A DNA stretch of 64,000 nt from an uncultured Poribacteria bacterium (lineage in GTDB: Bacteria > Poribacteria > WGA-4E > WGA-3G), in the NCBI GenBank assembly GCA_951812525.1, contig OX638316.1, positions 1,064,506 through 1,128,505 of the forward strand, in the 5' to 3' direction. The position numbers and the translations under genes were made by a program. Positions 48,787 to 59,900 of this stretch are shown here, in pieces (position 1 is the first letter of the stretch; each line of letters starts with the position of its first letter). The notes below the pieces were generated by a model that saw only the letters and a program-made list of their open reading frames with translations, was not told where the DNA came from and searched no databases.

Positions 48787-49704
48787 ATGTTACCGTCACC
48801 GATTGACCTTAAACAACTTTTTTTCGGCTTACTCCTACCAACCATTATCGGCGGTGGGATCCTTATATTAGCGAGATCCTTTTCTCCCAAAGAATATGCA
48901 ACTGATAGATACGAAAGAGGACAAGATGGATTTACGGGATGGCTGATCGCTGTCGCACTGGGTGCTGGCTATATAGTTGGCTATCTCGGTCTGGAAGGGT
49001 TACCAGCATTTCCGCCCCAACTCGGAACACATTGGCTCTGTTATCTGGCTATTATCGGGTTGATTGTTGGGGGTTTTTGGCATTTGCCGGTGTGGGGACC
49101 GATAGCACAGGTATTACTTTCTATTATTATACCGCGCCTCCTCCTAACTACAACATTTAAGTACACATGGGGACCCATTGTAGGAATTATCTGGTGGGTG
49201 CTCCTCGCTGTTGCTATTTTTATTTTTTGGCATCTCGTAGAACAGAGCTTTAGTGCACTCCCGTCTGGTGCGTCCAGTCCGTTTGTTTACTTTGGACTTT
49301 GTGGTGGAACTGCCTTAATTCTCGCACTTTCAGGAAGTTTGCGGTTGGCACAACACTGTGGGATTTTAGTGGCACTTTTCGCAGCGAGTTGGATTATTAC
49401 ACTCGTTCTACAGCGGGACAGGAAACGGTTCGTTTTTCCACGCGGCACCTCGCCGGTTATGACACTCCTACTCATTGGCATCTGGATGAACGGTTATTTC
49501 TTTGCAGAGGTACCAGCGGCGAGTGCTATTTTGTTGGCGATCTCACCCCTTTTAGCACAGGTCGGACGGATAGAGGCAGTTCAGGGATTCGGTGCACGGC
49601 GTTCTGCACTTGTTCAGATAGCAGCCATCGCGCTCCCAGTCATTATAGCCATAGGTGTTGCTGTTGCACGTTCTGGTTTCTTCGGTGACAACAGCGGTTA
49701 CTAA
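48787..49704 (+). CDS. Polytopic membrane protein, hypothetical
   Basis: About 10 hydrophobic helices. Start moved to the ATG at 48787. Confidence 0.7.
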   Translation: MLPSPIDLKQLFFGLLLPTIIGGGILILARSFSPKEYATDRYERGQDGFTGWLIAVALGAGYIVGYLGLEGLPAFPPQLGTHWLCYLAIIGLIVGGFWHLPVWGPIAQVLLSIIIPRLLLTTTFKYTWGPIVGIIWWVLLAVAIFIFWHLVEQSFSALPSGASSPFVYFGLCGGTALILALSGSLRLAQHCGILVALFAASWIITLVLQRDRKRFVFPRGTSPVMTLLLIGIWMNGYFFAEVPAASAILLAISPLLAQVGRIEAVQGFGARRSALVQIAAIALPVIIAIGVAVARSGFFGDNSGY

Positions 49705-49852
49705 TAGACCGAACAAACAATAGAAGAGTTTGTCTAATATACCTAAGGGTAATTTTGGAAAGAGCAGTACCTGGGGAGAAATGGCTTGTTTGGACGAAAA
49801 CAGATTTAATTTGTCTTCTCGGTTGTGGTAAAAGAAAAAATCGGAGGTAAAC

Positions 49853-52800
49853 ATGGGTTCGGCACGGAATATAAATTTTCTTATCATAGCGTTTCTGTTT
49901 GGTATCTCGATCTTGCTTAACGGCTGTGTGAAGATGGAAGCGACCCGGAAGGCGGATTGGGAGACGCATTTCACAGACCTGCACTTCGTCGATCAAAAAC
50001 GAGGATGGATTGTCGGGGAACAGGGATTAATCATCCACACGGCAGATGGCGGAAAAACGTGGAAGCAACAGGAAGTTGACACAACAGGAGTTGGATATCG
50101 GATGCCCGATGCTTCCTTAGATTTCAAAGCCGTCTATTTTACGAACACGAACTACGGATGGGCAGTTGGCGATGAAGGATTAGTTGCGACAACTGACGAC
50201 GGTGGTAAACATTGGACGCTACAACGGAGCGGCACCTCCGCCATGCTCCTTGATGTGTATTTTGCCAATTCAAAAGAGGGCTGGATTGTTGGAGAAGATT
50301 CCGATGTGCTCTATACTAAGAATGGCGGAAAAGAGTGGAAACGTTACGAGTACGTCAGCGAGTTTATGCTCAACGGGGTCTGGTTCGTTGATAATTCAAG
50401 AGGGTGGGTCGTTGGAACCCACGATAGGATCCTCCATACCCAAACAGGTGGTGAGTCGTGGCGAGAGCAAAGCAACCGCTTTGAAGGTGAACGCGATCGG
50501 ATGATTAATGACAATAAACAAATCTTCTTCGTTAGCGATAATGAAGGTTGGATTGTTGGCAGTGACGGTTCTATTTTTCATACAACCACAGGTGGTATAA
50601 ACTGGGAACGTCAAGATAGCCGTATTCCTCTGATTAATGGACACGTCCGAGATACCATTAATAGTATACATTTCACGGATGAAAACTACGGAGTCGCTGT
50701 GGCAGATGTCGGTTTTATCACCCGTACCCAAAATGGTGGCGACAACTGGCAATTAATGGAGAGCGGTACTGAAAACAATTTGACCGGCGTTCAGTTTACC
50801 ACACCGCAAGAGGCATGGGCGGTTGGATGGTACGGTACGATCCTGCACACAACAGACGCTGGCGCGACATGGGAAATGACAAGCGGTACGACTGCAAACG
50901 ACTTACAGAATGTCCAGTTTACTAATGCGAATCGCGCAATCGCAGTCGGTAGGCGCGGCACTATGGCAATGAGTAACGATGGAGGTCAGACCTGGAACGA
51001 AATTGAGACGGATATCTGGGACGGCATCTGGAACATCTATTTTGCTACCGACAAACATGGCTGGGCAGTCGGTGAACGCGGACTCATTGTCCATACCAAC
51101 GATGGTGGTTTAAATTGGGAACGTCAGCGTAGCAATTCGGCATTTACGCTCCGTTCCGTTCACTTTATTAGCCCTCAAGTCGGTTGGGCTGTCGGGGACA
51201 TGGGAAGCATTCTACACACAATTGATGGCGGACAAACGTGGCTTCCGCAAACCGCTGTTGGGGACTTCCTTTCTCTCATGCTACACGGGGTATTTTTCCT
51301 CGATGACAAGAAGGGCTGGGCTATCGGATGGCCCGGTGTTTGCCTTGCGACTGAAGATGGTGGTTTGAGTTGGACCCAGCAGACAACAGGGACTTTTAAT
51401 GAACTCTACGCCGTTTACTTCACTGACGAAAACACAGGATGGATTGTCGGACAGTTTGGCGAAATTTTACATACAAAGAACGGCGGCGAAAGATGGAGCT
51501 TCCAGCGTAGCGGCACACAAGCAAATCTCAATAAACTCTATTTCGCTGGTGCTCAGCACGGATTAATCGTCGGTGATAGCGGTGTGATGCTCACGACCGT
51601 TAACGGCGGGACAAAATGGGAACTCCAAGAGAGCGGTACCGACAACGATCTGTACGGGTTAGCACTCTCCCCCGACGGCGTTGTAGCAGTGGGTAAGGGT
51701 GGCATTGCAATGCGGTACTCTGTTGAAGAAGCGGAATTGCCAGCGAAATTACCACCAGTCGCCGAAGAGGTGGAGATTGTCACTGCTGAAGAGGACATTG
51801 AAGTTGAACCTATTGTTTACCACTGGGACATTCTCCGCCAAGCAACTTGGAGAACTAACTTTGCCGATACTCATTTTATAGATGCGCAAAACGGATGGGC
51901 GGTCGGTTCCGGTGGTGCGATTGCCCATACCACAGATGGTGGGAAAACGTGGCACCCACAACATAGTGGTGTCAGTGAAGATCTGCGAGACGTGGAATTC
52001 GTTGACGAAAAACATGGGCGAATCCTTGGTGCCAGTATCTTACTTCAGACCGAAGACAGCGGTGAAACGTGGCAGCCAATTCTTCAAGCAACTAAGCAGA
52101 ACCTCCCGCGCGTTAGCACAATGCACTTCCTAAACGCGGAAGAAGGATGGCTCGGTGCTACGATTGGGCAAATCTTACACACCACTGACGGTGGGAAAAC
52201 GTGGAAGATCCAGAAAACTGGAACCACCATGGCAAATATCACCGATATTCACTTTATCAATAGTCAGGTCGGATGGGCGGTCACACCCCAACGTCGAGAT
52301 GGTGGATTTATTCTCCACACCGTTGATGGTGGTGATTATTGGAAAATTCAGGCAAAGACAAACCAAGCCGGTGTTGCTGTTCACTTTGCTGACGAAAACC
52401 GCGGTTGGGTAATTCTCGGTAACGGTAGCTCCTTACTAAGTGAAGATGGCGGCGAAACGTGGAGATTGCAAACTACAAGCCAAAGCACAAGCCGTTTACG
52501 AAATATCACCTTCCACTCTCATACAGCGGCATGGGCACTCGGTGGCGGCGGCACTTATGTCACCAATGATCAGGGGCTAACTTGGAAGTCGGTTCCGGTC
52601 GATACGGGAGATGAGGGCGGCGATAATATGCTCGCCATGGGAGAATTTAATCCGTTTTTACCCGAAGGATTTGAATTGGAATCCGAAGAATCCGAAGAGC
52701 CAGAAGAAGAGGTTTCGGACGGACCGACGCTAACATACGACGAAACGCCGGAGGAAATTCAAAATAGACTTCGGGCAGAGTGGCAGCGTCCAGGACGCCT

Positions 52801-53929
52801 TGCACCTGAGGGTGAACTCCCACCTAACGCCGAACGTGCCACATCACCTGAATCAACACAGCAACAAGCACCGCCACCTGAACCTGAACGAGGGTTCAGA
52901 CGACGCGGCGGTCGCCGCATCGCCAGTGTATACTTCCTCGATACAGAACTCGCATGGGCAGTTGGCAGTGGAGGTAGTATCTACCACACTACAGATGGTG
53001 GAGAAACATGGGAACGTCAACTCGGTGAAGCGCAACGCAACGATTTCCGAGAAGTCCTTTTTTACGATGACAAAATCGGTTGGATAGCTGGGGATAGCGG
53101 TGTCTTATTAGAAACCCAAGACGGTGGACAGACATGGGAATCGCTCTCAAGCCAAACGCGTCAACGTCTTATCGGTATACACTTTGCCAGCCTCGAACCG
53201 AAATGGGGTTGGACAATGCAACGCGATGGCACCGTTCTCTATACCACAGACGGCGCAATCTGGACAGCGGGCGACACTCCCGAACAACCGCCATTCATGG
53301 AAGGCGATTCTCCCGGAACATTCTCGCTGAACGATGTTGATTTTGGAAAGTTCTCTGAAGGCTGGGCTGTCGGTAGAATGGGATACATCATCCATAACAA
53401 AGATGGTGGTCCGACGTGGACACCACAACGAACCACTGCAAACGACACACTCACGGATGTGGATATGTCATTCGCTCCCCTCGGTTGGGCTGTCGGACAG
53501 GCTGGCGTGACGCAACGAACCATCAACGGCGGTGAGTATTGGCGAATGCACGAGACTAAGTCTAATTACGATCTTAATGCTGTTTCATTTATCGCCAAAC
53601 GGACAGGATGGGCGGCTGGTGAAGCCGGTATTATCCTAAAGAGTACCGACGGCGGCTTTAACTGGGAACCTAAGTTGACCGGCGTTAACAAAACGCTCCA
53701 CGGTATCATCGCACTCTCTGAAAAGGAGATTTATGCGGTCGGCGAAGAGGGCATCATTATTCGCTCAACCGACGGCGGTGAAACGTGGGAACAGGAACAC
53801 ACCGATATTGATAACAATCTCTATGTTATTACGCGTTCCAAGGACGGTAAAGCGTTATGGGTTGTTGGGCAGTGGGGTGTCGTCCTCCGCCGGAAATTAG
53901 AGACGCAAGAACGGATGTCAATGCGCTAA
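49853..53929 (+). CDS. Large YCF48/BNR-repeat multi-beta-propeller lipoprotein
   Basis: Lipobox LLNGC; over 20 repeats of F...GWAVG..G.I.HT.DGG.TW; GGAGG SD. Confidence 0.9.
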   Translation: MGSARNINFLIIAFLFGISILLNGCVKMEATRKADWETHFTDLHFVDQKRGWIVGEQGLIIHTADGGKTWKQQEVDTTGVGYRMPDASLDFKAVYFTNTNYGWAVGDEGLVATTDDGGKHWTLQRSGTSAMLLDVYFANSKEGWIVGEDSDVLYTKNGGKEWKRYEYVSEFMLNGVWFVDNSRGWVVGTHDRILHTQTGGESWREQSNRFEGERDRMINDNKQIFFVSDNEGWIVGSDGSIFHTTTGGINWERQDSRIPLINGHVRDTINSIHFTDENYGVAVADVGFITRTQNGGDNWQLMESGTENNLTGVQFTTPQEAWAVGWYGTILHTTDAGATWEMTSGTTANDLQNVQFTNANRAIAVGRRGTMAMSNDGGQTWNEIETDIWDGIWNIYFATDKHGWAVGERGLIVHTNDGGLNWERQRSNSAFTLRSVHFISPQVGWAVGDMGSILHTIDGGQTWLPQTAVGDFLSLMLHGVFFLDDKKGWAIGWPGVCLATEDGGLSWTQQTTGTFNELYAVYFTDENTGWIVGQFGEILHTKNGGERWSFQRSGTQANLNKLYFAGAQHGLIVGDSGVMLTTVNGGTKWELQESGTDNDLYGLALSPDGVVAVGKGGIAMRYSVEEAELPAKLPPVAEEVEIVTAEEDIEVEPIVYHWDILRQATWRTNFADTHFIDAQNGWAVGSGGAIAHTTDGGKTWHPQHSGVSEDLRDVEFVDEKHGRILGASILLQTEDSGETWQPILQATKQNLPRVSTMHFLNAEEGWLGATIGQILHTTDGGKTWKIQKTGTTMANITDIHFINSQVGWAVTPQRRDGGFILHTVDGGDYWKIQAKTNQAGVAVHFADENRGWVILGNGSSLLSEDGGETWRLQTTSQSTSRLRNITFHSHTAAWALGGGGTYVTNDQGLTWKSVPVDTGDEGGDNMLAMGEFNPFLPEGFELESEESEEPEEEVSDGPTLTYDETPEEIQNRLRAEWQRPGRLAPEGELPPNAERATSPESTQQQAPPPEPERGFRRRGGRRIASVYFLDTELAWAVGSGGSIYHTTDGGETWERQLGEAQRNDFREVLFYDDKIGWIAGDSGVLLETQDGGQTWESLSSQTRQRLIGIHFASLEPKWGWTMQRDGTVLYTTDGAIWTAGDTPEQPPFMEGDSPGTFSLNDVDFGKFSEGWAVGRMGYIIHNKDGGPTWTPQRTTANDTLTDVDMSFAPLGWAVGQAGVTQRTINGGEYWRMHETKSNYDLNAVSFIAKRTGWAAGEAGIILKSTDGGFNWEPKLTGVNKTLHGIIALSEKEIYAVGEEGIIIRSTDGGETWEQEHTDIDNNLYVITRSKDGKALWVVGQWGVVLRRKLETQERMSMR

Positions 53930-53957
53930 GTTGCGCGATTTGAACATGTATGGACAG

Positions 53958-53987
53958 GCACCGTGTCTATTCGCCGTCACGGTGCCG
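53958..53987 (+). terminator. Hairpin after the YCF48-like gene
   Basis: GGCACCGTG...CACGGTGCC stem; no strong U-tract. Confidence 0.4.
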
Positions 53988-54001
53988 TGGTTCCAAAAAA
54001 T

Positions 54002-54030
54002 TTGACCTCTTGAATCTGACTTGTTAAACT
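54002..54030 (+). promoter_or_regulatory. Putative sigma70 promoter
   Basis: TTGACC-N17-TAAACT with an extended -10 TG. Confidence 0.5.
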
Positions 54031-54091
54031 CTACACTAAAGTTTACACGCGTTACAGGTCGAAGCCCGTTAATAAGGAATCAGACCGAAAA

Positions 54092-55072
54092 ATGAAATCA
54101 AAATCCAGCAAAGCACTGCTTATTTCGGTTCTACTGCACGCCGGTGTTGGTGTGCTCGGACTCTTCTACTGGTTCGGTACGAACCCACAACGAAATACTG
54201 ACAGTATTAATGCCCTGCTCATCACGGAAGAAAAACCGAAAGTCAGGCGCGTCCCACGTCGCAAACGCGTACAGGTCATGCAGAAAAGGACCCGCGATAC
54301 CAACCAACCGCGTTTGAAAATCCTCACAAGCAATCAGCCTGCTACCAACCGTGGGGTCGTCTCCGCATCGGAACCGGCACCCTTCCAAGCATTCGACAGT
54401 AACGACTTAAGCGAACCCGTCGGACCGACTTCAACAACTGTCGAATTTGACGACACACCACGTGTGCAAAGGGTTATCGAACGCCCTTTCAAAAAACAAC
54501 CGAAAAACAGAGAACGTCCCAAGAGTAGACTAGTAAAGTTCATTGAAGCACAAGACGGACCGCAGCGTATTGTCTACTGCGTCGATCTCTCTACGAGCAT
54601 GCAAAATCTCCCACCGCACAAACTCAAACGGGTCATAGACCTTATGCGAGATTCACTCACCTTCCTTGAAACACACGATAGTTTCAATATCGTGGCGTTC
54701 AGCACGGAGTTAATCGTTTACCAAGAAGGTTTTGTCCCTGTAACTGAGCAGACAGTTGCTGCATCATCAAATTACCTCCGCAATATCAAATCCCAAATCC
54801 ACACAAAAGGGACCGACCACGATATGCTAAGTGCCTTGACAGAGACTGCGAAGATAGCACCTACCATTGTTGTACTTTTTAGCGATGGCATTCCTACCAC
54901 GATTGCCGGAACAGATCTTAACCTCGTCGGCGAACATGCTACAGGCAACGGACGTATTTTCGCTATGGGGACCGGAATGGCACCTAATTTCCCCGGGGCA
55001 GTGATGCTGAAGCAACTCGCCACCGTCAGCAAAGGCGACCTTTGGCTTGTTGATAGAGTACGCAGAAGATAA
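54092..55072 (+). CDS. Membrane-anchored VWA domain protein with TonB-like SxxxH anchor
   Basis: ALLISVLLHA TM; DLSTS MIDAS, FNIVAFS, GT, LFSDG. Confidence 0.8.
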   Translation: MKSKSSKALLISVLLHAGVGVLGLFYWFGTNPQRNTDSINALLITEEKPKVRRVPRRKRVQVMQKRTRDTNQPRLKILTSNQPATNRGVVSASEPAPFQAFDSNDLSEPVGPTSTTVEFDDTPRVQRVIERPFKKQPKNRERPKSRLVKFIEAQDGPQRIVYCVDLSTSMQNLPPHKLKRVIDLMRDSLTFLETHDSFNIVAFSTELIVYQEGFVPVTEQTVAASSNYLRNIKSQIHTKGTDHDMLSALTETAKIAPTIVVLFSDGIPTTIAGTDLNLVGEHATGNGRIFAMGTGMAPNFPGAVMLKQLATVSKGDLWLVDRVRRR

Positions 55073-55084
55073 GAGGTAAATTGC

Positions 55085-56869
55085 ATGCAGCAAGCCGTGC
55101 TCACACGTGCGGAAGAGATTGCCAAAGGTCTCTATCCACATCAGATAGAAGGGATAGCCTTTCTGCTGGGTCGGCGGCGTGCACTCCTCGCTGACGATAT
55201 GGGGCTCGGTAAAACCCGACAATCCGTTATTGCAATGGTTGAAGCAGAAGCGGAAGGTCCCTATCTCGTGATTTGCCCTGCTTCTGTCAAACGGAACTGG
55301 GCGCGTGAAATCCAACTCGTTCTCCCCGCAGCTGAACCTGCTGTCGTAGGACCCGCACCTCTCCCCGCAATCGAATTCCAAGACTGGATTATCATTAACT
55401 ATGAGATTCTTGGTAAACACTTGGAAGGACTCCTGGCGTTTGACTGGAAAGGTATTGTGTTTGACGAAGCACACTACTTGAAAAATCACCAGAGCCAACG
55501 CAGTCGGAATGCCGCCAAACTTGTGAAGTCAATCCAGCATGAACCGATAGTCCACGCGCTAACGGGTACACCGATGACCAACCGTCCCCGCGACCTTTTC
55601 CCGCTCTTGCGACTCATGAACCACCCGCTCGGTAAAAGTTTCCTCAGTTTCGCCAAACGCTATTGTGATGCCTATCAAGGTGAATACGGATTAGTGGCAG
55701 ACGGGGCAAGCAATATTGAGGAATTAACCGTTCAACTTCACGGTGTGATGTTGCGGCGCACAAAAAATGAGGTGTTAGACCTCCCACCTAAAGTGCGAAC
55801 ATGGTTGGATGTAGAACTTCATCCCGTGGCGATCCAGCATTTTAATAATGCCGTCCGAGAGTTCCTAACTAAATTTGATGCCCCTGAATCTATTGATATG
55901 ATCCAAGATAGCCCGGAAAACCCGGAGCGACGGCAAGCGGTGGGGAGGCTTACCACCGCGCGGCGAAAACTCGCTTTCGCTAAGTGCCGCCACACCATCA
56001 AATTTGTCGAAAATGCTCTGGAACAGGGTGAAAAGGTTATTCTCTTCACGACCTTCCTCAATACATTGGAGCGTTTTCACAAACATTTCGGCGATCAGGC
56101 TGTCGTTGTCTCCGGCGAGGTGCCAGTAGAAGAACGGCAAAACCGCGTTGATAGGTTTCAAAATGACGAAAACGTAAAACTTTTTATTGCTAATATGCAC
56201 GTCGCCGGGGTCGGAATCAATTTAACCGCCGGGCGACAGATCGTTTTCAACGATCTGGATTGGGTGCCAGCGAATCACTGGCAAGCCGAGGATCGTGCCT
56301 ACCGTATCGGACAGACAGGAACTGTTAATGTCACCTATATGATAGCGCGCGGGACAGTAGACGAATTCGTCAAGACTGTATTGGAAACGAAAGCTGCACT
56401 GATGGACGCTCTCGTTGAAGGCACCGTCTTAATAGCGGGTGAAGACGGCGAGGTACAAGCCGACGTTCTTAGCGAACTCAAGCGGATGATGAATGCGCTC
56501 TCTGTGCATACCGACGAAGTGGAAACATCGCAGCTGCTTGACGTGCTCCAAAAAGCAAGCAATACTTATCTGGATGAAAACGCTGCACACCTCCGCGAAG
56601 CCACTCGTGCGCAGCTACGTCCATATTCCGAAGAAGCCATCCGCACGCTCGCGCAAGTCCTCGCCGGACCAGAGCGGAGCATTTACCAGATGGAGAGTTC
56701 ATCACAAAAAGGCAAGTTTTATACGCTGGAGGTTGTCGGTGTCGATGTAACGTGCGATTGTCCGGGCTTCACACATCGCGGTAGCTGCCGACACGTCCGT
56801 CCATTGAAATCTGCGCTTGTCGCAGAGAAACCTTTGCCAAAAGGCTATAAAAAAGTTTCAGCCGATTAA
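55085..56869 (+). CDS. SNF2-family (SMARCAL1/HARP-like) helicase with C-terminal SWIM Zn finger
   Basis: LLADDMGLGKT, DEAH, LTGTP, QAEDRAYRIGQ; CDCPGF...CRH. Confidence 0.9.
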   Translation: MQQAVLTRAEEIAKGLYPHQIEGIAFLLGRRRALLADDMGLGKTRQSVIAMVEAEAEGPYLVICPASVKRNWAREIQLVLPAAEPAVVGPAPLPAIEFQDWIIINYEILGKHLEGLLAFDWKGIVFDEAHYLKNHQSQRSRNAAKLVKSIQHEPIVHALTGTPMTNRPRDLFPLLRLMNHPLGKSFLSFAKRYCDAYQGEYGLVADGASNIEELTVQLHGVMLRRTKNEVLDLPPKVRTWLDVELHPVAIQHFNNAVREFLTKFDAPESIDMIQDSPENPERRQAVGRLTTARRKLAFAKCRHTIKFVENALEQGEKVILFTTFLNTLERFHKHFGDQAVVVSGEVPVEERQNRVDRFQNDENVKLFIANMHVAGVGINLTAGRQIVFNDLDWVPANHWQAEDRAYRIGQTGTVNVTYMIARGTVDEFVKTVLETKAALMDALVEGTVLIAGEDGEVQADVLSELKRMMNALSVHTDEVETSQLLDVLQKASNTYLDENAAHLREATRAQLRPYSEEAIRTLAQVLAGPERSIYQMESSSQKGKFYTLEVVGVDVTCDCPGFTHRGSCRHVRPLKSALVAEKPLPKGYKKVSAD

Positions 56870-56905
56870 GGGGTTTGTGTCCCTCACTAGCACATACGAA
56901 CGCGC

Positions 56906-59900
56906 CTACTCCTCTGATGGGAGGGCATACACACCCCACCGGACTCTCACAATTTCACCTGCGTCTACAAGGCGAGAAAGTTCATTTTTTATCGCTTTTG
57001 GATGTCCATCAATCACTTCAACCAATTCCCTTGTTTTCTTCTTACCATCGGAAGCCAGCATAGAGAGGATTTGCTCGCGGAAAGGGACTCGTAAGGGTTT
57101 TCCACCCCTGAGCTTCTTTAACATGCGGTTTGCCTGCCTTGAGGAACATCCCAAGATACGCTCCACTTCTTCTCTGCTGGATTCAGCGGTTAGATTGGCA
57201 CGTTCTTCCTCAAAACGCTCGCGTGTGGCTATCGCCTCAGGAAGGTTGTCCAAACTACCAGCAACCTCAAAATCTTCCCAGTCAAACAAGAATGTTTCAG
57301 GTCTGTCAGTAATGTCGGGCAGTGTCAAACCGGAGATTAAAACAATTCTTTTGTTCGTCCAGCGGTTTAACCCAGCACGTAAGACCGTTCGTGTAAGTGC
57401 GCGAACGATCCCGTGTTCATAAATTCCCTGAATTCGCTGGTCCTTATAGCACTGGGTCTCTACATCCTCCTCATAAGAGAGAGGCTTTTTGTCATTTCCA
57501 AACAAAATCTGTGCTTGTCTCCAAACGAGGGTTGGTGACCGCTGCGGCGTGCCAACTATCCAAATGACTTCTGCTTCTTTAAGAGCAGGACGTCGTCCCC
57601 CGATATTGCTGAAATTGGTCACGAAACAGACGTTCTGTTTTTGCGCGATATCGTCTAACCGTGCAGCAACTGACCTATAGGTGATAATCGCATGCTTAAC
57701 ATCCGGATCCCTCTCAATCTCTGCACGAATACTGGCAAAAAAGCGTTGTCCTATCTTAGACATGCCGATAACATCCCAGTTGTCGTTGTAGCCCATAATT
57801 GTTCGTCGGGGATAGATCCCAGTACGAATCTGAAAGACCTGGTTCCCTATGCCCCACGCACTTGGTTCGGTACGGCTCACCTGAATTTCTTCATTTGGAA
57901 ATGCCCTACGGAGATGCTGCTCAGAGAGGGTCGCCGACATTAGCAAAAGGCGTTTGACACTCGAATGCAGAACGGGCGGCACCCAGAACCTCAGGACCTT
58001 ACCACTCCACCGTATTGGTGCGTCGGCATCTCGCGTGTAATGTTCAAAGAAACGCTTGATTTGATGCCAAAACGTCCAGTTTGGATCCTGACAGACCGTC
58101 GGGAATGCCTGAATGCTCTCTACGGTCCCTGTATCCAAGATGCCCAATTCGATAGCTTGTGTCATTGGCATCAGGATTTTCAGGTCCTCGTTAGGCGCAA
58201 AGGAATAGAACGGAAAGATAGGAAGTCCCTTTGCTGCGAGCGCATTTGCAGCATCTTTGTCTAAAGGAATGTAAGCGGAGATATTACCTTCAAATTCAAT
58301 GGTAAAACGTGCTAATTTCTCTCCGGTATCAGAATCAGTATAGCCTCGTTCTACCACCTTACCTTGTACGTTGATGTGACTCATCTGCTTGACGATTTCT
58401 TCTTCTCGCCATTCAAAGACCCGTACCACCGTGCGGATGCGTTTGACAGCATCGGCATGGGGTTTGTCCTCGACTTCTACCGCATGCAACAAGGCTTTGG
58501 CAAAATTTCCTAAGGCACACCCTTGCCAGTTCATACTCCATTCTTCTAATAATTTTTTTGATAGTTTACATTCAAGAAACAACTTATTAAGTTGTGCTCT
58601 GATGATGATGCAAAGCCTGTCTGGCTCATCCACCTCTTTGAGGATTTTTTCTACCAATCCTACGTACTGCGGATTGAAAAACATATTGGGGAATGCCAAT
58701 ATCTGCGCCTTAGCATGTTGTAACGCCTCGGTTTGTGATAGATACCCTCGCTCCTGGCACTCCATATAGACAGGGCATTGCGGACAGATGCTTTCGCTTG
58801 GATTTCCACCCTTTTTCTCGAGTGCATCGCATCGCTCTGGATCCTCACAGACATTGCCGCGTTGAAAAGGGGTTGCCATGCGCACAGCAATCGGTATTTC
58901 CTTCGCCTCTTCCCATCGATACATCCGAGGTTTCCAACGCGCAAACGACGGTACGTTTTGTTTTTCATAGGACGCCTCCGCTTCTTCGGCTAACCTGATA
59001 ACTGGGACATTTAAGCAGACCGCGCCGCCGGTATGGAGATATGATACAGTTTCACGCCTGCCAGCGTCCGTCTTGGTAGTAAGTCCGAGAATACGAGCAG
59101 CCCCATCGAAAATGCTTTGTGTCTGAATAGTGCTCTCTTCGGGTGTTTCATAATCCCCTTCCGTGTATTCCGGTTTGTGGAGTACGGAGGGCGGACGCTT
59201 TATCGCCAATGGACTCAGCTTCCCTTCCCGCACTGCGAGCACTTTATCAGATCCAGACAGCTCAACAGCGGTAGTCAGTGAGACAATACCGGTATCGTCC
59301 CAGATCTCTGTTATTGGTGTGTCTCTCGTAGGCAGCCCAGCGTCAGAGGTAGATGCACGGACCCATACAGTGCCATCACTCTCCCAGAACGATACATGTT
59401 CATCGCTAATAGCACCATCAGGGGGCATCCAATAGTGTAAATCGTTCTCTTGTCGGACATAAGAAAAGCCGCGTTGTACAAACGCAGCCTTTGCGAGATC
59501 GAGATTATTTGAACCGAGGGTGGAAGGTGTAACAGGGATAACTTGTGGAAGGTCTCCTAATTCCTGTTCGTCAGGAGGGGCAGGTTCGTGAAGTTCTGCA
59601 CGGAGGGCATCAATAGGGGCAAAGAGCACCTCTTTAGCAACCACAGGCGGATCTAACAAACTCCCAAGCAGAATCTCGTAGCGCGCATCCCACCGACTGT
59701 ATCCTTCTTCCGCCAAGATTTCGAGATACACGTCTCGTTGATCCGGGTTTTCTGGAGTCGGTGCGTGCTTATAGATATACAGTCTTGCATCCTCAGTATT
59801 TGGATGGAGGTAATCTGGAACTCTGCAAGAGAATCGCAGTCCACCGGACTTTGATAGCGTTAGCAGCGGATTATCTATGGCGTTGACAAGTGCGTCAATA

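Noticed and set aside
4659-53929. Photosynthesis, suggested by the b6-type cytochrome, PCP_red and YCF48-like domains
   Set aside because: There are no reaction-centre or (bacterio)chlorophyll synthesis genes, and all three domains occur in non-phototrophs.
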